Positions 53,301 to 64,000 of a stretch of 64,000 nt of DNA are shown piece by piece. This DNA comes from Chrysomallon squamiferum. Taxonomy: Eukaryota; Animalia; Mollusca. Made by a program: the position numbers and the translations under genes. The notes under the pieces were generated by a model. The model had not been told where the DNA came from. It worked only from the letters and a program-made list of their open reading frames with translations, and made no database searches. The stretch covers positions 124,001-188,000 of the forward strand of contig CM022677.1 of NCBI GenBank assembly GCA_012295275.1, written 5' to 3'. How positions within the stretch are numbered: position 1 is the first letter of the stretch; each line of letters begins with the position of its first letter.

Positions 53301-55196
53301 AGTTAATAAAAATAAAAATAAAAATTGAGAGAATTAAGTGACCTTTTATATGACAAACACGGATGTGCACTCCATCGTATCTGATAACCAGTGTGTGTGA
53401 AATAACAGTGAAAAGTCTACTCAGCCACCGAAAATAATCAAAAATGATCTTAAACAGCAAGAGCCTGCGCATGTATTATTTCATAAAACTAATTATGTAT
53501 TTCAATATATATAGATTAGAGCTAATTCCATAAATATCTCATAAATAAAATTTTTGCATAGTACGGACTTATCAAGGGTACAAAAGTGAAATAATTGTTT
53601 CGGGCTACAAAAATTAAAATATTTGACAAATAATAATAATAACAACAACAACAATAATAATAATCATAATCATAAAATCAACAAATATTCAGTGTTATTC
53701 AGTGTTAGTACTAAATAATAATTTTCCTTAAACGTTTTTCTTTCGCGTTCGATGTGAATAATTATATAAAATTATTCACTTCGAACGTTGAAAACAACGC
53801 TGTTACGTTGGTAGCGACGGCGACATTAATAGACATATTAATAATATAGGATGTACACACTGAGATGGTAAGAATAATAGCTGATAAAAAGAGAAAAAGA
53901 ATAATGATAAGTACACCCAAAACATTAGGAACAACCCCTTTCCGACGGCAACGACGGCAGCTCTACTGTTCATACAGATTTTTAACCGTTACATGCATAA
54001 ATGAATATCTCTAACAGTCATATATTTTATTTTATTTATTATTATTGTTATTATTAATATTCTGTGCGTGTTTTCTCTCTTTAACTTTCAAACCTGGCTA
54101 CGCCTCTAATGGTTGCTGAGGATATAAAATAGTCTTAATTTTACAGTTTACATGTTCATAACTTGAAACCCTGTACTTGCGTTTTAATAAGACTGATACT
54201 GATTACATAATTATACGCACAGTTAAAGATTATAAAACAGAAAATGATGCTGCCCGACTGGAATAACAATGTAAGGACAAATTCAGGTAATTTATTTATT
54301 TATTTATTACTCTTTTTTTGTACATTATAGCGTCCATATACGCTAATCAACATTAATTTCAACAAATAAAAATGAAACAAATAAAAGACTAGAAGCACAC
54401 GTTTAATCGTTTTGTTTGTCAGATATTCTGCAAAATAATTTGACGTCGAAATCCTGAAATTCTTTGATTGAGGGTCTAGGGGAAGTAACTCTAAATAATA
54501 ACAACGACAATCCCGCTAAGATACGAGGTATCAAAGGAAGTTTGTAACTTGAAAAATAATAAGAAAAACCAGAAATAATTGTCTTTGGATGGAAAGTAAA
54601 ATTAGAAGCCAACTTCTGTACCATGTTTATATATTTTATCTTTATATAATCTATCTTTATATATTCTAAGTTTATATATTTTATCTACTCATAATGACAT
54701 AAATAGAATTTTTGATTGAAAGTAAAATGTAGAAGCCAACTTCTATACAATGGTATAGTATCTAAGTTTATATATTTTATCTACTCATAATGACGTTATT
54801 TGAATTCTTGATTGAAAGTAAAATGTAGAAGCCAACTTCTATCAAAGTTTATATATTTTATCTACTAATAATGACGTTAATTGAATTCTTAGCAGAGATA
54901 TTGGTAGTATGGTCCAAATGCTCCATAATTTAATGGGTGCAAACTACACCTGAATGTTGTTTTCTGCTGGTTCTGACACGGGGAATATTGCCAATTAGAA
55001 AAATTAATACATTAATTTTTTACCGAATTATAATTTTAGTTTATTATGCATAAAAATAATCCAGTTTGAATAATTAAGTTGAAAAGGCGCGTTACATCAA
55101 TGTTTGGTAATACGAACAACCATCTTTATCTTTTTCAGTGTAAGTCATAAAAAGTTCAGAAAACAGATGTAAAATAATTGAATTTGGAAATTTAAA

Positions 55197-55282
55197 AACT
55201 TCCGTGAGCTCTCGGAAACCTCCGATCAAAATCCAAGATGGCAGCGTCGAATGCCGTTCAGTGTTTACAAACTTTTAAACAC
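55197..55282 (+). promoter_or_regulatory. Duplicated promoter and first exon candidate, copy B
   Basis: Same motifs; ATG 55238 gives MAASNAVQCLQTFKH followed by GT at 55283. Confidence 0.55.
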
Positions 55283-58118
55283 GTATTCCTTCATAACGCA
55301 ATCAATTCTGTTCAAAGTAATTTGGAGAAATATGGCATTTAATTACATAGTAGATGTCTATTATTGAGTATAAACTGCTGCAAAGGTAGAAACCTTTTTT
55401 CTTTTCTTTTGGTAACTTTGACGTCGTACCATATCGAGCCCGTTTCGTACTATATATATATTTTTTTTTTTCAGATATTATTATCGTTCCTATTGGTCCA
55501 TGCTAATTAGAATTAATTTATATTTGACTACTGACCATCTAAAATGATATTTGTTTACATTGTTGTTGTTTCTTAAATTGACTGTCATCTGCCTGAATAA
55601 CAGAGTTGTTGTTATCAAACATAAAGAAGAACGCAGATTACCTCATTTATATTTCAGTAAAAGAAATGTTCTAATAATTTCTAATAATTATTATTATTAT
55701 CATGATGATTATTATGATTATGATTATTGTTATTTAAATTTGATATTGATACTACTGCTACTACTACTACTACACTACTACTACTACTACTACTACTACT
55801 AATAATAATAATAATCATCATCAACATTTAATTTAGCTTTCATTTTTATTTCAAAATTCTTTTCATTTGGACTGTAATTTGTATTATTTCTTTATCTTGT
55901 TACTATTTCAGTAATATTTTATTTTATGACATTTTATTATTTTTATTTTTCTATAATTTATTTATTTAATTTATTTGTTTTATTTATTTTAAATATATCT
56001 GTGTGTGTGAGTGGATATATATATATATACTATCTGAATTCTTCTGTCTTCTTATGTTTTATTCTTCTAGTTTCTTCTTATTCCTGTGATATTCATATTT
56101 CTTCATTTGTTTTTATTTCTTTTCATTTTTTTATTTTCTTTAAGGTTATTTTATTTTATATTTTTTAACCTCTTTACCATGACTATTGTTTCTTGTTATT
56201 TTTCTACTTTAGAATTTCTTCAAAATCTTCTTTTTCTTCTTGTCTGTATATACTTTCAGTTATTTTAATGATAAGCAAGATTTTTTTTAATATACAATTT
56301 ACTTTTTCAGTCTCCCAGTTTCTGTACATAGTTCTTATTATTCTTTCTTTTTGTTTCTTTATATTTTAAATTCTTAATTTTTATTTTAAAGAATTATATT
56401 GTTTATTTATTATTTTTTTGTTTGAAGCTACTGACATTCTTATTCTTGTTAATTTTCTTCTTCATTCTTTCTTACTTATTCTTCATTTCCTAGTGTCTGT
56501 GTATTCTTTTATGTTACCATTATTTGTTATTTACTTATTATTTCCTGACATTACTTAAATGATTTCTTTTAGTTCTTCAGTTGTCTTTCTTTTATCATTT
56601 TAATTTCTTTTGTTTTTAATTTTGTTCTCCTGCTCATTTTATTTGAAGAATTAGAATTATTTTCTTTTTATTATTATGTATGTGTATGTATTTATATTAT
56701 TATTATAATTTTAATTTTAATTCTAATTTTGATTTATGTATTTATTTATTTATTTGTTTATTTATTTTTAGTATTAATATTTTCAATCTCTTAACTGCAT
56801 AATAAGTTATTTTTCTAAATTCGAATAATTCAAATTATTTTATTTTATTATTTATTTATTTATTTATTTATTATTATTATTGTAATTATTATTTTTTTTT
56901 ACAAGCTAGTTATAATTCTTTTCATTATTTTATTTTTTCTTCAGGTTTCTTTTTATTCACTTTTTAAAACAGACTTTTTTTTTAGTGTTTTAATAAAACA
57001 AATTACTTAGTAATATCTCAGAGAATTAATATTTCTGTTACTAGTGTAGATGTTCTGTCTTCCTAATTCAAAACCTGTTTTCATTGATGATGTCGTATTT
57101 CTAGTGTTTGCCAAACAAACCCAAACAATAATGAATATATATACTTTTTTTATTTCTATTTTATTTTATTTTATTTGTTTTCACATTACTGACATAGGTT
57201 TCACATCACTGAAAAAGAAACAGCAGTTGGCAACAACAACACCAGTACCACCATTAGACCCGAGACAAACTGACATCACCACACCAACCACTGAAAACTC
57301 AAACTCCTGTGCCAAGGAAGAAACCAGAAACACTTATTGGCAGAGGTACTTTGGTAAAAAATAATGTCTAAGAAAGAAAGGGAATAGAAAAAGTTTGATT
57401 ATGTGATTCGACTGACTAATCTTCTTGTGAAACTGGAGTTTTTGTTGAAAGCAGCCAGACCAAGCTTAAACTGCCACAAGCTTTAACACCAACATATCCA
57501 CTTAGACACATTTTAAATCTTAGAAAAACATTCAGGTAAATATGTCTGTAAATATGTCTTAGTCTATCTGTCTGTTTCTCTTTCTGCCTACCTCCTATTT
57601 ATTTAATTTCTATCTCTGCTTTTCTGTTTGCCTGTATTTCTTTTCTTGAAAATGTGCAGATATATATGTTTATCTTTCTTACTATGTCTCTACTTACTAT
57701 ATACTTATCTGTTTTTCTGCCTCTATTTTATTGTATCATTTCTTATTTGTTCCTAATTATCATGTTTTTAGATTTCTTTCTTTTTTCTTCCTTTCTTTTC
57801 TTTGTTTTTTAACAATTATTGTCAAAGTTGTAATATTTTGAAGTATAACAAAGAAAGAAAATACTATATATTATCTTTCTATAAGTTCTCTTTTGATAAT
57901 TCTGAACATAAATAGCTTTAGAATCAGTAATTTAAATAATTTTATATTTATTTATAGTTTTAATTTATAAAAATGCTCTTAAAACAAGTTTTAGTAGACA
58001 GTTGATTATTTATTTTTATTTATTTATAAATATTTCTGCCTATCTTCTGTCTATCTATTTGATGTATGTATCTATCTTTCATTTATTTATTTTCTTATTA
58101 GTTTTAATTTATTTAAAG

Positions 58119-58435
58119 TCAGTGTAATATGAGTGATGTTGGTCAAAAGATTTGTGTACTGCAGTCACAGAAAATTCTTCTCTCACTGAACTTAATATCA
58201 GCAGCAATCAGGTGGGTGTGTCAGTAAATAGTCAATCAGAACTCAGCCTGATTAACCAATCAGACTACAGCTAGAGATTAACCAATGAAACCACAGAATG
58301 ACCAACCAACCAATCTTCAGAGAGAGATCAGCCAATCAGAAAATATTTTTGTACACACTATGCTTATTTTAATCACTGACATTAAATTATTTTCTGTTTT
58401 TGTAGATTCTACACTTTGTGAATTACTATTATTTA

Positions 58436-58481
<46 letters not shown>

Positions 58482-58735
58482 GTTGTTTTTATTTGTTTTT
58501 ATTACAAGCCGGGATCACTAAATCGTGTACTCAGTTTTTGTCTGCTGTTTTCAATCATCCAAGATGACAGCTTTTTATCTGAATATGCAAAACGTAACAA
58601 CCAAACACTTACTGTTGATGGTTAATTTAGATTTGTAAAATATATATGTATATTACAAATACACACAAACTACAAGTAATATTGTAAATTTGAAACATTT
58701 AAAATATTTATTATTTTAATAACAGAGATTAATAT

Positions 58736-58820
<85 letters not shown>

Positions 58821-59131
58821 AGGTGTGTGTATTTCATTCTGTAACTATCTAGGTTTGACAAAATTGTCATTATTATATTTGTTCTACTTTTAGTTTATTT
58901 TTCTCCTGATAGATAACACGATTGTTAATACTGTTTTTCACTTAATTCACATATTCCAGATTCCAAATCAGTCACAAGTTCTCTACAGGAATTAAGACTG
59001 AACTCCAGTTGTTTAACCATCCAGTTGTTTGAGTTTTCATGGAAAACTCCTTTCTTTGAAAGATGTGGACACTGGAAATTGTCCTGATGTTTCTGTATCT
59101 GTCATTGATGATTTAGTTAAACTTACTTCAG
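58119..59131 (+). pseudogene. Two decayed LRR exons, copy B (58119-58211, 58951-59131)
   Basis: Same frameshift in the first exon. Second exon reads SSLQELRLNSSCLT/(frameshift)GKLLSLKDVDTGNCPDVSVSVIDDLVKLTS, ending CAG|GTAATT; its acceptor has mutated to CAC. Confidence 0.7.
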
Positions 59132-59245
59132 GTAATTTTTGTTTAAATTTTATAAATTGTTCTAATATTTGAAAAATTAGTCTGTCTATAATCCTTATCT
59201 TTCTGTATATACAATTTCATTAAACCATATGCTCAGAATATGTGT

Positions 59246-61380
59246 GTATCAGCAATAGTGATAATTGCTACTCTGATAAAGAGTGTGAGTGTATATGTGT
59301 GTGTGTGTTTATGTACGTGTGTTTATGTCAGCAACAGTCATAATTGCTAATCTGCTAATACTATGTGTGTGAGTGTGTGTATATCAACACTGGTGATAAT
59401 TACTACTCGGATAGTAGTATGTATGTCTGAGTGTATCAGCAATAGTGATAACAGCTACTGTGATAATAGTATGTGTGTGAGTGTATCAGCAAAAGTGATA
59501 ATTCCTAGTCTGATAATAGAATATATCAGTAATAGTGATAATTGCTACTCAGATAATAGTGTGTGTGTGTGTGTGTGTGAGTTTATCAGCAGTAGTGATA
59601 ATATAATTGTACTCTGGTAATAGTGTGTATTAGCAATAGTGATAACTGCTACTCTGATAATAATGTGTGTGTGCATGTATCACAAATAGTGATAACTGCT
59701 ACTCTGATAATATATGTGTGAGTGTGTGCATGTCTGTGTGTGTGTTTGTGTGAATGTATCAGCAATAGTGATAACTGCTACTCTCATAGTATCTGTGTGT
59801 GTGCATGTATGTGTGTGTGTGTGTGTTTGTGTTTGTGTGAATGTATCAGCAATAGTGATAACTGCTACTCTCATAGTATCTGTGTGAGTGTGTGCATGTC
59901 TGTGTGTGTGTTTGTGTTTGTGTGAATGTATCAGCAATAGTGATAACTGCTACTCTCATAGTATCTGTGTGAGTGTGTGCATGTCTGTGTGTGTGTTTGT
60001 GTTTGTGTGAATGTATCAGCAATAGTGATAACTGCTACTCTCATAGTATCTGTGTGTGTGCATGTCTGTGTGTGTGTTTGTGTTTGTGTGAGTATATCAG
60101 CAATAGTGATAACTGCTACTCTCATAGTATCTGTGTGTGTGCATGTCTGTGTTTGTGTCTGTGTGTGTAAGTATTAGCATTAGTGATAACTGCTACTCTG
60201 ATAATAGTAAGTGTGTGTGTGCGTATGTGTGTATGTATCAGCAATAGTGATAACTGCTACTGTCATAATAGTGTGTGGGCATGTTTCAGCAATAGTAATA
60301 ACTGCTACTCTGATGTGTGCATATGTGTGTGTGTGAGTGTATCAGTAATAGAGATAATTCCTACTCTGAAAATAGTGTGTGAGTGTGTGTATATTAGCAA
60401 TAGTGATAACTGGTAATCTGATACCAGTGTGTGTGTTCTGTAGGAGAGTGTATGTGTGTTTCTGCATGTGTGTGAATTTGTATCACAAATAGAGATAACT
60501 GCTACTCTGATAATAGTATGCGTATGTTTTTGTGTGATGTATCAGGAATAGTGATAATTGCTATTCTCATAATAGTGTGTGTTTGTGACTATATCAGCAA
60601 CACTGATAATTGGAACTCTGATAATAGTGTTTGTATTTCTATCTGTGAATCAGCAATAGTGATAATTGCTACTCAGATAATAGTCTGTGTGTGTGTGAGT
60701 GTATCAGCAGTAGTGATTACTGCTACTCTGATAATAATGTGTGTGTGAATATATCAGAAATAGACTATTCTGATAATAATATATGTATCTGTGTTTGTGT
60801 GAGTCTATTAGGAATAGTGATAATTGTGTGTGATCATACTTGGTACCTCAAACAGTAGTGTGCGTGTATCAGCGATAGTGATAATTGCTTCTGTGATAAT
60901 AGTCTGTGTGTGTGTATGGGTTTCTGTGTGTGTGAGTTATCAGCAATAGTGATAACTGTTAATCTGATAAAAGTATGTGTGTGTGAGTGTGTATGTGTGT
61001 TTCTGCATGTGTGTCGTTTGTCAGCAATAGTGATAATTGCTAATCTGATAATAGTATGTGTGTGTGTGCATCAGTAATAGTCATAACTGCTACTCTGAGA
61101 ATTGTATGTGTGTATGAAAGTATATCGGCAATAGTGATAATTGCTAATCTGATAGTAGCATGAGCATGTTTGTGTGTGTGTGAGTTTATCAGCAATAGTG
61201 ATATGTACTCTAATAATAGTGTGTTTGTGTGTGTGTGTCAGTGTGAATATATCAGCATTAGTGATAATTTCTACTGTGATAATAGTGCGTTTCTGTGTAT
61301 CAGCAATAGTGATTATCACTACACTGATAATTGTGTGTGTGTTTGTGAGTGTGAGTGTATCAGCAATGGTGATAACTGGT
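59246..61380. repeat. Expanded array (roughly 35-40 units) of the same core-plus-(TG)n satellite
   Basis: Core TATCAGCAATAGTGATAA(C/T)TGCTACTCT(G/C)ATA(A)TAGT repeated with variable TG-rich spacers; a near-identical sub-block at about 59750-60180. Confidence 0.95.
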
Positions 61381-61480
61381 AATTGGGTTTTATTTTGAAT
61401 CATACTCTTTTTATATTAAAACATTTTCTGAATTCTGGACAGACTCAATTTACTCACCTTGTTGTAATTTTGTTTTTCAG

Positions 61481-61641
61481 GAGGAGAAGGCAGAGCTGAA
61501 GGCTCAGAACTACTTGATGGAGAAGGAGAAGAGAGCTCTGGAGTTGAGACTGAGTGGTAAGGAGTCACAGGAGCAGGCCAACAGAGTACAGATAGAGAAT
61601 CTCAAGTGTGAGAACTCAGAGCATATATATAAACAGACTGG
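61481..61641 (+). pseudogene. MCC: MCC (colorectal mutant cancer protein) homolog, late exon 1 of fragment
   Basis: TTTTTCAG|EEKAELKAQNYLMEKEKRALELRLSGKESQEQANRVQIENLKCE, versus MCC EEMAELKAQLYLLEKEKKALELKLSTREAQEQAYLVHIEHLKSE. The donor at 61642 is phase 2 while the next exon starts in phase 0, so pseudogene status is likely but not certain. Confidence 0.85.
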
Positions 61642-62002
61642 GTAAACACAAATATGTGATTATCTCTGTTGTATTTATCACTTTATCTAAGTTTTGTGTA
61701 AAAAACCTTTGTAATTATTAAATTTTAAAATGTTTTAAATTTTGATTCACCAAGGTGTTAAGGAAAGGAGCAGGCAACATTCATAATTCTAATTTTATTA
61801 TATAACTGAGTTTCAATCATTTATCATCAGGATGATCATGATAATATGATAATTACTTATGATAATTCTATTGATATAAATCATTACAATTTTAATTTTA
61901 TTATTATAATCAAGTTTTCACAGATTATCATCATGATAAAGATGATAATCTGATAGCTTTCATAATTACTAAAGTTCTAAATGACTAATCATTTATCATC
62001 AG

Positions 62003-62223
62003 GATGATGAAGATGGTGAGCTGACAGTGACAGCTATCTGTGAGTTGAGATTGAATGATGTGATGGAGATAGCTCAGGACCTGTGTGAGTCGCTCAGAAG
62101 AGAAAAACGACTCAAATTCAGAGTTCAAGAGTTAGTGTCTGCTCTAGAGAAAATCTCTAAAAACTCAGAAATCAGACATCAGCAGTCAGCAGAGTTTGTC
62201 AATGACCTGAAACGAGCTAACAG
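62003..62223 (+). pseudogene. MCC: MCC homolog, late exon 2 of fragment
   Basis: CATCAG|DDEDGELTV...RREKRLKFRVQELVSALEKISKNSEIRHQQSAEFVNDLKRAN|GTAAAG, nearly identical to MCC RREKKLKARVQELVSALERLTKSSEIRHQQSAEFVNDLKRAN. Confidence 0.92.
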
Positions 62224-62659
62224 GTAAAGATACAGGTGTATGCATGTCATGCATAATCTACATGTTCTACACTAAACATTGGTCTATGCAAACACATACA
62301 CACGTTTCAAACAGAAATTCATATTATATTTAAAAATATTTTTATTATAAACTTATAATTATAATTATATAAACAGTATATAAACTGACATAATGTCATT
62401 GGTTTTTCTTGTTGGGATTTTTTGTGGAAGATTTTTTGTGTAGTATTAAATAAAACTGTTGTTATTAACATTTATATATTTCTAACATAAATTGCATCTT
62501 TTTTTGTTTTGTTTTGTAGTGATAGGATTAGTATTTCTGTAATATAAATGACATATCTAATATAATCTTTATTTTCGTTTATTTTCCCCCCATAGTGCCT
62601 TAATACCATAAACTAATTTTATATATTATTATTATTTTTTTTTTTTCTTTCTCTCACAG

Positions 62660-62801
62660 TGCCTTGATATCAGCGTTTAATAAAGCAAAGAAGATGTACC
62701 AGAGCAAGCTGAAGAAACTTGAGTCTCAGTTACAGGGGATGACAAATCGCTACGAGGCCACCAACCAATTAGACTTCATTATAGCAGATCTGGGATTTTA
62801 A
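62660..62801 (+). pseudogene. MCC: MCC homolog, late exon 3 of fragment (similarity ends after RYEA; stop at 62799-62801)
   Basis: CTCACAG|(S)ALISAFNKAKKMYQSKLKKLESQLQGMTNRYEA, in phase with exon 2, versus MCC NLVAAYEKAKKKHQNKLKKLESQMMAMVERHET. Confidence 0.88.
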
Positions 62802-64000
62802 ATTAACCAATCGCTATGATTGTAACAAAATTCTGTGAGTTCTGTTATCCAGTCACTGTGTCGGTAAGAAAAGACTGGTAAAAAAGTATGTAATTTACCA
62901 ATCATGTAACTATGGTGATCTGAGAGTTAAAAATAGCCAGTCATGGTGTCTGTAATAAAAGACTGGCCACTGATCTGTAATAAACCAATCATCATGAATG
63001 TAACAAATGACCCACCAAAAGTATTTGGAATGATCCAATCAGTGTTGTTCTTGAAACTTCAGGCCAGAGAAATATTGGCATTATTCAGTACCTTGGACCA
63101 TTCAAACAAATGTGGAAATGAAACATTATTGTGAAAGAACTTTGTGTTTATTTTGACCAACGTCTGTGACCAAAATGAACAAAACAGACATTACAGAAAA
63201 CACTTCATTTAAATTACCATTGATGAACTAAAGAAAATATTTGTGTGACTCAGTGTCAAAGGATCACCAGTTACATCTGAAGAAACAATACAACACAATG
63301 GTACAACACACTAGCCAATTAAAGTAATTAATAAATAATAATTAATAATAGTAAATAATTATAAATAGAGACAGATAGAAACAAGTTAATGAGGCAGAGA
63401 CAAATGACAGAGACAACTGAATTATACTGAGACAAGTCAGATACAAATGAGACAGAGACAAGTTATAAAGACAGCTAAGTGAATGAGAGAGACAGCTGAA
63501 TGATATATTTTACTTTCATTCAAACACTCAAAGAATGAACAGATTATGTAAGTATGTACATTTCATTAATGTTTTCATGTTGACATTTTTCTTTGATTCA
63601 TATAGAAAAAATAAAAACCTTTCTCACAGATAAATGAGACAATTCCAGTGAAAGTCTGTCATTGCTGTCACTGTGCATAGAAATATTTCTCCATATTCTT
63701 AATAATGCTTTTATGATTTTTTGAAAAGACTAACTATTTTAGTGAATACTAGTGACATTTCATGCTTCTTTCATTTTTCAGATATATTTTAAAATATAGA
63801 AATAAGACAGTTTTGAAGCAGTAATTTAACGTTAGTCCTAGAAGCATAACATAATATTTATTAATAGGTTGAAATAGTATATACCTGTTGAGAAGTTATT
63901 ATCTATGTTTAACAAATAGAGAAGTAAATAATAACACTTCTATAAGACCAGTAAGATTGATTGGAATAGGATTATTGCATTATTTTCCTCTAAGCATGCA

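Larger units (their letters stand above)
45985..61380 (+). repeat. Segmental duplication copy B (right end lies inside the expanded satellite; approximate)
   Basis: Same order and orientation as copy A, with copy-specific indels such as extra sequence at about 46733-47070, 48560-48885, 50312-50565 and 51262-52232. Confidence 0.95.

Noticed and set aside
59246-61380. CRISPR array
   Set aside because: Spacers are TG microsatellites of variable length rather than unique sequences, the repeats are degenerate, there are no cas genes, and the context is intron-containing animal DNA.

Overview
AT-rich, microsatellite-dense animal genomic DNA, probably a mollusc or other lophotrochozoan (inferred from repeat style and gene content, not proven). 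It has GT-AG introns and two exact 200-N scaffold gaps (20329-20528, 41211-41410). The only clearly intact protein gene is a two-coding-exon BTB-BACK-PHR gene (BTBD1/2/3/6 family) on the minus strand: CDS 5658-5402 joined to 5188-4114, 443 aa. The rest is a mosaic of decayed pieces: an intronless prolyl 4-hydroxylase alpha retro-pseudogene, three late exons of an MCC (colorectal mutant cancer) homolog, duplicated LRR exons behind a duplicated YY1/ETS-type first exon, and remnants of MULE, Sola-like and SWIM/YqaJ (ISL2EU-like) transposons. A direct segmental duplication of about 13-15 kb (26187-38860 vs 45985-~61380) ends inside a hairpin-forming satellite, after which the two copies run into different downstream exons. 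A ~1.1 kb duplication (1-1155 vs 16548-17597), several minisatellites and several local inverted duplications are also present. No prokaryotic-type system, CRISPR array, rRNA or tRNA could be supported. All family assignments come from manual translation and remembered motifs; no database search was run.
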